From a virus: DNA of 64,000 nt. The notes beneath the pieces are model-generated. The model was not told the DNA's origin, made no database searches, and saw only the letters and a list, made by a program, of their open reading frames with translations. Positions 56,618 to 64,000 of the stretch are shown here, one piece after another (position 1 is the stretch's first letter; every line of letters begins with the position of its first letter). The stretch spans positions 7,691-71,690 of the IMG/VR virus record IMGVR_UViG_3300038696_000126; one strand, written 5' to 3'. The translations under genes were made by a program, and so were the position numbers.

Positions 56618-57891
56618 TTCAGTTCTAATTTATAGTTTAAAATAGATGCCACGCTATTTTTATTAAAAAAACCAATTTTATTCAGTTGATCTGAGTCATC
56701 AAAACCGGGTAATTGAATGATACCGCTCGTAAATATATTGCTGTGTATATATATTCTTTGATCTCTATTATCCCAATTTATCTGCACCGAAAAAATAAAA
56801 CGTTCTGGGGCATTATTGGCACTACCCACTGCCGCGTAAACCTCAGTAGTAGTGTCACTTGCCACACTATTTACTTTTATGGTTCCCTTACGATTCAGCT
56901 CAAGTGTAGCGTAATTACTGGCATCTCTCCAAAAAAGCAGAAACAACGGGGAAGTACTTACGAATGTCTCATAGCAAACGTCTATTCTGAAGTTTCTATC
57001 GTTCTTACTTGTCCCCAAACCGCTTGTATCTAGCGTTTTAAAGGATTTTGAGGCAGCGGTTAAATCAGTGTACGCCCTCCCCGCTACTAATTCCGCTGAG
57101 GGCGTGTAGCCCCTCACGCCAAAATTATCAGCCGCCCAAACCCTATCTGGGGCATTTATTCCGTAATTAAAATAAGTCACAGGTATAAGTAGCTCTGAAA
57201 TAGGCACAGCCACCGCGCTTGAATTGACCCTATACAAATCACCCTCAGATGCGCCCGTAAAATCAAACTTTCCTTCTATTGCATCCTTGGCCGCTACGGC
57301 TCCTGTTTCGGCTGTTTCGGCATCAGACGCACTGTTGGCTGCATTCGTTTCTGATGTGGCAGCGTTTGTTTCTGAGGTGGCGGCATTGGTTTCTGAGGTA
57401 GCTGCGGCTGTTTCGCTTGCACCTGCGGCTAGTTTACTTACCTCCGAAGCACTTGCGCTAACACCCGATGCTAATCGGCTTACCTCTGATGCTGCTGCTG
57501 AGGCTTCTGATTCCTCAGCGTATTCTTGTGCTATCTCTTTAGACCTGCTTGCGCTATTACTTGTAACAACTATTTTTATCTTCCCTGTTATGGCTTGTTC
57601 AAATGTTATTACCCCCGTAGTTACGTTTATAGAGTAGCCTTGTCCTGATGAGTCGCTTTCCATACCCCCTATAAATACTAGGGCAGTAAGCACTCCTTTT
57701 AGATTGTCATTTTGATAGGTGGTGGCTGCCGATAGCGTTGCTTCTATTTGATTAAGACCTCCAAAAAGATTGTTAGCGCCATCAAAAGAATAGCTAACGG
57801 TTTTACCGTCAACAATTCTATAACCTAGTAGCCTATCGTTAGGCTGTGGGTCTTTTAAAGGGTATAGAATTTCATTATTAATATCTCCCAT
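56614..57891 (-). CDS. Tail fibre protein
   Basis: Stf-like (A/T)SETNAA heptad repeats in the shaft. Confidence 0.7.
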   Translation of the reverse strand: MGDINNEILYPLKDPQPNDRLLGYRIVDGKTVSYSFDGANNLFGGLNQIEATLSAATTYQNDNLKGVLTALVFIGGMESDSSGQGYSINVTTGVITFEQAITGKIKIVVTSNSASRSKEIAQEYAEESEASAAASEVSRLASGVSASASEVSKLAAGASETAAATSETNAATSETNAATSETNAANSASDAETAETGAVAAKDAIEGKFDFTGASEGDLYRVNSSAVAVPISELLIPVTYFNYGINAPDRVWAADNFGVRGYTPSAELVAGRAYTDLTAASKSFKTLDTSGLGTSKNDRNFRIDVCYETFVSTSPLFLLFWRDASNYATLELNRKGTIKVNSVASDTTTEVYAAVGSANNAPERFIFSVQINWDNRDQRIYIHSNIFTSGIIQLPGFDDSDQLNKIGFFNKNSVASILNYKLELK

Positions 57892-58244
57892 TATGCTTGT
57901 GTTACAAAAATTACTGTACCCGTTATTGCTCCAAATTCAGTGTTAAACACAATTATACCTGTGTCAGGGTCAAAGGTTGATATTAAATTACCCGTTGATA
58001 TTTCCTGCCCTGATAAAAACCCAAAAACAAAGGCTTTATCTAAAAAGTCGTTATTCTGATACTGCGTTGCAGCGGTTAGTGTAACTTTTATTGATTTCAT
58101 ACTACCAAGCAACGCTGTAAATACAGCTACCGTAGTTAAAACCGTTTCCCCACCCGCTCCTTTACTCAAAGGAATAAGAAAGCCAGAGGTAATGTCAGCA
58201 GCGGTTTGTAGCGGATATAAAGTAGTATTGTTTATCTTACCCAT
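57891..58244 (-). CDS. Structural protein paralogous to the fibre N-terminus
   Basis: MG.INN..LYPL...TL.AAT.YQN..., shared with the ORF at 56614. Confidence 0.65.
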   Translation of the reverse strand: MGKINNTTLYPLQTAADITSGFLIPLSKGAGGETVLTTVAVFTALLGSMKSIKVTLTAATQYQNNDFLDKAFVFGFLSGQEISTGNLISTFDPDTGIIVFNTEFGAITGTVIFVTQA

Positions 58245-58270
58245 ATATTGTTAACTTTGCAATAATCACG

Positions 58271-58801
58271 ATGCAAAGGTACGAAATGGGCAAATTAGGC
58301 AGATTAACAAAGAAGGAATTTGATTTCTTAAACTCTGAATATGGGATGTTTAATAACTCCCATCATTACAACTTATCAGAAAAGGGAATAAAGACAAGAC
58401 CGCTGTCCTTACATTTTTGGGCGGTGGCTTATTTAGCAGATACTACCACCGACAATTTAAACTACGAGGAGGTAGCTTTTCTATTAATGACCACACACCT
58501 AAAGTATTTTGAAATGCACATACTATCTGATGTAACGGGTTGGGGTGAAGGTAAGAACCAAGTGGTGTTAAACAGCCTAATGTCTAAAGGCTATTTTAAA
58601 GAAGAAAGGCCACGTAGCAGAAGCAGTATGTGGCAGGGTAAAGTTTATAGGGTGGCGTACAAATACTACCCCACCCATAAACATGATATGTATGTACAAA
58701 AGCTAGAAAATGGTTTTGAGAAGATACTCAATGCCGCAGATGATAAAGCTAATGCTATTAAACTTAAACCTAAGAAGGTCAAGGGTTCACCTAAAATTTA
58801 G
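58271..58801 (+). CDS. Putative winged-helix DNA-binding protein
   Basis: LSDVTGW...VLNSLMSKGYF...YKYYPT; start may be the second ATG (MGKLG). Confidence 0.5.
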   Translation: MQRYEMGKLGRLTKKEFDFLNSEYGMFNNSHHYNLSEKGIKTRPLSLHFWAVAYLADTTTDNLNYEEVAFLLMTTHLKYFEMHILSDVTGWGEGKNQVVLNSLMSKGYFKEERPRSRSSMWQGKVYRVAYKYYPTHKHDMYVQKLENGFEKILNAADDKANAIKLKPKKVKGSPKI

Positions 58802-59015
58802 TAAAGCTTATTAATTGTTCTAACACGTTAATCTCAAAGTTCTTTTTGCAATAGCCAAATACAACTCCCTTTTCAAAGGTTACCCCTATTAATCGGTCTG
58901 ACTCTGTTTTTACAATGCCTTCCTTCTCATCAGTTACCATAATAAGAACCTTAACCCCTCTTTTCTTGTTTTCTTTTAAAGCGTCTATTAAACTATCAAT
59001 GTCAATATTATTCAT
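58791..59015 (-). CDS. hypothetical protein
   Basis: 74 aa ORF. Confidence 0.55.
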   Translation of the reverse strand: MNNIDIDSLIDALKENKKRGVKVLIMVTDEKEGIVKTESDRLIGVTFEKGVVFGYCKKNFEINVLEQLISFTKF

Positions 59016-59090
59016 CTTGTATGTTTTTAGTTACATGGCAATATTATGAATTAATACTGACCTAAGTCGGTTTTCAATGTTAAGGGTTCG

Positions 59091-59396
59091 TTAATTATAC
59101 CTGAAGATGTTAATCTCTTTTTCGTAAGCCTCTATCTGAGCATCAAAGTCGTCTAAAGAGGTGTCTATTTGATACATTCTACCTAATACATAGACAACCG
59201 TACCCTTTAACACCTCCACACCGAACTCATCCTCAATCCATTCGTGGTAGCCATCTACCTCAGCGTAAAGAAACCTAGTTCTAACGTAGGTATCCTCTTT
59301 TGGTAGTCCCAAGTCCTCGTTTTTACCTAGAGCATCTAAATCCTCCATTAAAGCATTGCATTTGTGGTATCTCATCTTACGTTTCTTTTGTTCCAC
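59091..59396 (-). CDS. hypothetical protein
   Basis: 101 aa ORF. Confidence 0.65.
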   Translation of the reverse strand: MEQKKRKMRYHKCNALMEDLDALGKNEDLGLPKEDTYVRTRFLYAEVDGYHEWIEDEFGVEVLKGTVVYVLGRMYQIDTSLDDFDAQIEAYEKEINIFRYN

Positions 59397-59590
59397 TCAT
59401 TATTAGCGTCATCTATTGCTTGGTGTGAGTCTGAGTAATACCCAGCAACATTTTCTATCTCTAGTCCGTGCTTTTTTAACCAAATAACTGCATCGTCATA
59501 GCCATTTCTAGTGTGCTTAAACCGTGTAATAAATATTTTGCTCATGGTTTTGTATTTGATTATAATCCCATAAATCCTTGAAACTCCCAA
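59372..59590 (-). CDS. hypothetical protein
   Basis: Probable start at MSKIF. Confidence 0.55.
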   Translation of the reverse strand: MGVSRIYGIIIKYKTMSKIFITRFKHTRNGYDDAVIWLKKHGLEIENVAGYYSDSHQAIDDANNEWNKRNVR

Positions 59591-59979
59591 CCGTCATTAC
59601 CGTTTTTAAAGTGCTGACGCTCTCCGTTGGTATCTTTATAGTCAGCGTGTATAAAAGTTGTGTACCTACATATACGGGTGTAGAGAGAGTGCTTAACCAT
59701 CAGTTCCTCTAGTAAGTCTAAGTTATCACAAGTCCAATCAGTAGCGCCTTTACCGTTAGCAAATACGTGTTGACTCTTGCCTGACCTACCCATTTTAATC
59801 TCATGCCATAAGGGTCTATACCCACTGTTTAGGCTAACGTTAATAGGTATGCCTATTGCAGAGCGTATGGGCTGCATAGGTAGTATGTGATGCTTTAGTA
59901 TTGCATCGGCTATATCTTCGGGTATAGGCTTCCCCGTTATGTTAAATTCGCTTATCTTAAAATTCAATTCCATACTCAT
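59560..59979 (-). CDS. Peptidase M15A endolysin
   Basis: SGYR, SQH, GATD, FIHAD zinc-ligand motifs. Confidence 0.85.
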   Translation of the reverse strand: MSMELNFKISEFNITGKPIPEDIADAILKHHILPMQPIRSAIGIPINVSLNSGYRPLWHEIKMGRSGKSQHVFANGKGATDWTCDNLDLLEELMVKHSLYTRICRYTTFIHADYKDTNGERQHFKNGNDGWEFQGFMGL

Positions 59980-59991
59980 AATTATATCGTG

Positions 59992-60240
59992 TTAAAGTGT
60001 AAAGTTAAGCATATATAAGTAAAACAAGACGGAATATACCCACCATACTTTTGGGGGATATACTTCAAGGCAGTAGTCCCAAACAGCATCTACAAAGGCT
60101 TCTGTATCGGTATGTGCCATAACCGCATAATCATCATTAGTCATAAAGGATAGTGTGGTGAAAATGCAAATAAATATAAAGATTGGAATGTTGGGGATAA
60201 AAACCACCCAAGAAATTATTGTGGCTAATAGTCTTTTCAC
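59992..60240 (-). CDS. Membrane protein
   Basis: Two hydrophobic segments, adjacent to the endolysin. Confidence 0.6.
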   Translation of the reverse strand: MKRLLATIISWVVFIPNIPIFIFICIFTTLSFMTNDDYAVMAHTDTEAFVDAVWDYCLEVYPPKVWWVYSVLFYLYMLNFTL

Positions 60241-61127
60241 AGTTTGTTATTTAAATTATTAATTAGCGGTTGTAGTCTTAGCGCACCGCCCTTACACTTC
60301 TTATCTATTGTTGGTCTTGATACACTAGACTCTTTATGTAACCGCATTTTGGTTATCCTATCCTTTCCATCGTGTATCTTAAAACAACCTTCCTCTAGCA
60401 GTTCGTTTACCTTTATGCTAGACTCAGTTCTGCTATCTACGACCTCTACATCTTTAAGCTGAGGTATAATGTCAATGTACTTACATACCGTGCTGTACGT
60501 TACTCCTGAGAACTCACTGATGTCGGTTCTAGTTATCCTACCATTATGCTCTACACTTTTTATTGCCTCAATAGCTGACTCTATCTTTAGTATAATATCA
60601 GTTTGAGTAGCCTCCGACATTATGCTGTTTGCATACAGCATTTTCTTCTTTGACTTAATGTTGGCAAGATAATAAGCTTTGTCTTTATCACCTAACTTAC
60701 AACTCTCTTTTTCTTCCTGCATAGTTAAATTTAACAGTTCCTTAACATTAGACTTCCACTCTAGCTTGGAGTTGGTTATAATATTCATATCTCTAGGCGG
60801 TTCAGTTGCAAAGCAATCCTCTACAACATCCTTTATATCCTCATAGAAAACAGACACCCTAATACCATAGTCCTTTACCGCTCGGTGTATCTTACTACTT
60901 ATAAAGGCACACACAGCCTCTTGACTAAGACTCTTCCCTATGTTGTCATTAAGAGCCATAATCTTATAGGTTAGTAACCGCATATTGTAAAGGAGGTTAT
61001 CTCTGCTAGTGTTTACCTTGAGGTATCTAGCATCTATAACAACACGCGGTTCTAACCATACGTAAGCAAAGGCAAACTCCCTTCTAAATTTATCTTCGGG
61101 TTGGTGTATGATTTGGTAATCAATCAT
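60237..61127 (-). CDS. Hypothetical protein with two C-terminal HTH-like motifs
   Basis: ITRTDISEFSGVTYSTVCKY and ITKMRLHKESSVSRPTIDK. Confidence 0.6.
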   Translation of the reverse strand: MIDYQIIHQPEDKFRREFAFAYVWLEPRVVIDARYLKVNTSRDNLLYNMRLLTYKIMALNDNIGKSLSQEAVCAFISSKIHRAVKDYGIRVSVFYEDIKDVVEDCFATEPPRDMNIITNSKLEWKSNVKELLNLTMQEEKESCKLGDKDKAYYLANIKSKKKMLYANSIMSEATQTDIILKIESAIEAIKSVEHNGRITRTDISEFSGVTYSTVCKYIDIIPQLKDVEVVDSRTESSIKVNELLEEGCFKIHDGKDRITKMRLHKESSVSRPTIDKKCKGGALRLQPLINNLNNKL

Positions 61128-61150
61128 TGCTTATCTCTTTTATTGATTGT

Positions 61151-61354
61151 TTAATAAGTGTTGTTTCTAAGTTTAGCTAATATCCTAGTCAAGTCCATAG
61201 AACTTCTCTTCAAAGCACCACTCTCTTTATTACCAGTTGTTAAACCGTGTTCAGTGTAGCCCCTGTAATTCATTTGACTTTCTTTTAAATCTCTTAGCTT
61301 AGACAAGAATCTCTTTGCCTCTTTTTCTGCTTCAAGTATGTCCTGTACTTTCAT
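61151..61354 (-). CDS. hypothetical protein
   Basis: 67 aa ORF. Confidence 0.65.
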   Translation of the reverse strand: MKVQDILEAEKEAKRFLSKLRDLKESQMNYRGYTEHGLTTGNKESGALKRSSMDLTRILAKLRNNTY

Positions 61355-62269
61355 AATATATATTTACTTTATTTGATTACGTATTAATGTGTAAACAGTT
61401 ACCCCTAATCAACACCCTAACTATTTACTGTTTTAGTCGGTTATTAGTCCCACCAACTCATTACAGATTAACACCTAGTCTGTAAAACAACACTGTAACT
61501 GCTTGCTTACCACAAAGATACAACTTATGTAAATACAAACCTAATCTATTTACTTTATTAAAGTGTAAACCTACTTACACAGCCCCTCTCTTATAAGGGG
61601 TATATAAGTACCTTTACATATAAGCTAATAACTATACGCAGCAACAGATACAGAGGTACGGTTGGTATGTTTTACGAGACGTGTGTGGGTATGGTGTTAC
61701 TACTAATAAAATTTAATTTTTTATAAATTCCGAAATCAAAATAATTAAACCCACCCCTTCAAATTATAAACGAAAGTATGCCAAAGCTTTTAACCCCTAT
61801 TAGTATAGTAGTGTTGAGGTTTACTAAACTATACTACTAAACAACTAACTACTTACTTACTCCTTATCTAATTGCAGTTAGTGGTTAACCGTACTACTAC
61901 ACTACTACTACTCACAGTACTACTATACTATATTGTACTATTAACTATTGTTAGTAGTTGTGTAGGTTACTATTGTTTGGGTTGTTGGTGTGGTCCTACC
62001 CCTCACTGATTGGTTGGGTTGTTGGTGTTTAGGTGGTGGTCCTACCCCTCACCTTAACTCATTCCCTAAACCTTATAAGCCACTCACTATAAATAAATGT
62101 GTATTGTATTGGTTATCTATTGCCTATTGCTTAGACCTTATTTCTACAGACTGAGGCAGGTTAAATACTTTACGTAGAGTTATTGTTCTGTTAACATATG
62201 GTTAACATTGACTTCTTATGTTTGTAGTGTTGAAAGGAACTAACCTATTCAGCTTTAAAGTTTACTACT
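61355..62269. other. Long non-coding divergent region (candidate genome terminus or origin)
   Basis: About 900 bp without ORFs; ACT/AGT low-complexity repeats; GTGGTCCTACCCCTCAC duplicated at 61990 and 62036. Confidence 0.5.
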
Positions 62270-62509
62270 ATGATTGTAATTTTCAACTACAAAAGCACAG
62301 GTGTGAAACACAAAGAAGAGTCTCAATTTTTTGAATTTGTTGTTAAAAGCAGATTTAATGAGCAAAATAATCGATCCTTGCAATGGTGTAGATTTGATGG
62401 GTTAAAAATTATTTGTGAAACTATTGAACCTTCAATAATTGATTTTGTGAAATTGACTTTAAAAGGTGTTATTGAAACAAGTAACGGGCATAAATGGGAA
62501 TTGGTATGA
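62270..62509 (+). CDS. Early hypothetical protein
   Basis: Follows the TATGTTTG promoter at 62217. Confidence 0.65.
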   Translation: MIVIFNYKSTGVKHKEESQFFEFVVKSRFNEQNNRSLQWCRFDGLKIICETIEPSIIDFVKLTLKGVIETSNGHKWELV

Positions 62510-62603
62510 TCAAGACTAAGAAATAAACAAGTGTAGGTTAAACGCCTTAAAGCGGTGCAACTCCGCTTCGCTTACAAAGTAAAAACCAATAAATAAAAAT
62601 ACC

Positions 62604-62903
62604 ATGAGAAAGATAACAGAGCAAGCTACCGAAGCCTTTAATAACGCTGAACCATTTAAAAAAGCAAATACTGAAGTAAAAGTTTTACCAAATGTCACGG
62701 TATTATTATTACACGGTAACGAAATAGCTTTTAAATATAACAACCCCAAAAAAACCCTATCAATTACCAATTGTGGCTGGAAAACCAACACAACAAGAGA
62801 AAGGCTTAATGCAATTGAAGGCGTTAGTATAAGACAATGTAAAGGTATTTGGTACTTAAACGATGAAGAGTGGAACGGCAAGTTGATAGACGTTAAGAAA
62901 TAA
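62604..62903 (+). CDS. Early hypothetical phage protein
   Basis: LHGNEIA...GWKTNTTRERLNAI motif, common in phage early regions. Confidence 0.75.
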   Translation: MRKITEQATEAFNNAEPFKKANTEVKVLPNVTVLLLHGNEIAFKYNNPKKTLSITNCGWKTNTTRERLNAIEGVSIRQCKGIWYLNDEEWNGKLIDVKK

Positions 62904-63281
62904 CCTTTAATCAATAACCAATAATTTACAATATTATGGAAACAACAATAAGAAATTTAATAACAGGAGAATTAGAATTTTTTGTAAATGATTTATCGCC
63001 AGCGGAGAATATAATTAGTTTAATCATCTTTAATAAAAAGCAAAGGTTGAAAGGGAATAACCTATCAGCTACTAAAGTTTACTACTATGAAAAATCACAA
63101 ATTAACACCAACACAGTATTTAAGGGGAGTAGAACTTGGTTACTATGAGCCAATAAAATGTGCTGGTGTTTTCAAGAAGATTGTAAAGCATTTCAAAGTT
63201 TGCGGAAGAACTGAAATTCTTTTAATAGACTTGAAATAATGAGCAAAGATTTTAAACAATTAACAGACTAAAATTAATAAT

Positions 63282-63716
63282 ATGAGAATTATAGAAACAA
63301 ACGTTTACACAATAGAAGAGCACCCGAACAAAGAAAAATGCTTTGAATGGATAAGAAATAATTGGCACGATTTAAACCAACATAGCGTAGAAGATATAAT
63401 TAGTAGCATTAAATCTTTGAGTAATAAAATTGGAGGTACTTTTGATTATTCGATAAGTCAAGTACCCGATAGAGGGGAACATATTACTTTCAAAGATTAT
63501 GACCACGAAGCCTTATGTGGATTAAGTGCTGACGATTGCCCCCTTACGGGAGTTTGTTGGGATATTGATTTGATTATTGGATTACGTAATGGAAACCCGA
63601 ATAAAGTGTTAGATTCTTTACATACAGATACAGAGTACCAATACTCTAATGATGGTTTACTTGAATTATGTGAAGCAAATCAGTATGAATTTGACGAAGA
63701 TGGGGAATTAGCATAA
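63282..63716 (+). CDS. Early hypothetical protein
   Basis: 144 aa; CEANQYEFDEDG C-terminus. Confidence 0.75.
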   Translation: MRIIETNVYTIEEHPNKEKCFEWIRNNWHDLNQHSVEDIISSIKSLSNKIGGTFDYSISQVPDRGEHITFKDYDHEALCGLSADDCPLTGVCWDIDLIIGLRNGNPNKVLDSLHTDTEYQYSNDGLLELCEANQYEFDEDGELA

Positions 63717-63747
63717 ACTAAAAAATTAACAGACTAAATTTAAGATT

Positions 63748-64000
63748 ATGAAAAACAAAGAGCTAAAATTAGAAATAATAAAAGAGTACATTAATGCGCT
63801 AGATTCAGAAAGTAAATGGTTTAAAGATGATGTTAAATCATTTAAAGAAAGGTTAAAATCAGAAACAGATAGCTCCAAACTAAAAGCACAGCTAGGAAAT
63901 ATAAGAAGCTTAAACGGCAAAAACAAAGCGTTTAATGCCAAAATTAAAAAAATATCTAAAGAACTCGATATGAACGGAATGTTTGACATCGGCAAAATGA
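63748..64000 (+). CDS. Early hypothetical protein, truncated by the window edge
   Basis: MKNKELKLEIIKEY...; shares the AATTAACAGACTAAA leader with 63282. Confidence 0.6.
   Translation, partial: MKNKELKLEIIKEYINALDSESKWFKDDVKSFKERLKSETDSSKLKAQLGNIRSLNGKNKAFNAKIKKISKELDMNGMFDIGKM

Noticed and set aside
57290-57520. 21-bp tandem repeats
   Set aside because: Explained by the (A/T)SETNAA heptad repeats of the tail-fibre shaft; coding, not regulatory.
62531-62575. T-arm-like hairpin AAGCGGTGCAACTCCGCTT
   Set aside because: No D arm or anticodon arm; too little to call a tRNA or ncRNA.
1-64000. An integrase/recombinase or reverse transcriptase serving the cassettes
   Set aside because: No ORF shows a recognisable tyrosine-recombinase R-H-x-x-R-Y set, serine-recombinase motif or YxDD RT motif. 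A highly divergent enzyme cannot be excluded by eye.
1-64000. Stop-codon reassignment as in some crAss-like phages
   Set aside because: Long genes are intact under the standard code, and TAG and TGA both terminate genes normally.

Overview
A 64 kb stretch of a tailed dsDNA phage infecting Bacteroidota, probably Flavobacteriia (AT-rich, TAnnTTTG promoters, DUF3127-like SSB), with a podovirus-like gene set. It carries portal, scaffold, major capsid, tail ring/nozzle and large ejection proteins, fibres, a pectate-lyase-like protein, a lysis module, a replication initiator, a primase-helicase and three GroES-like genes. No terminase, DNA polymerase or recognisable integrase lies in the window. 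The standout feature is six arrays of short accessory genes (11.9-12.5, 17.4-19.2, 22.2-22.5, 25.1-26.0, 34.5-38.8 and 46.0-48.9 kb), separated by about 27 hairpin elements of the form AAC-spacer-[inverted repeat]-spacer-GTT. Each gene unit starts with GTT-N(6-12) and ends with the reverse complement of its own start, which is the signature of excisable integron-type gene cassettes. The arrays also show compensatory base changes, empty cassettes, genes nested in hairpin loops, ORFs fused in frame across junctions and a conserved terminal site. All five DNA methyltransferase genes in the window lie in them. All calls come from reading the sequence by eye; no database searches were run.
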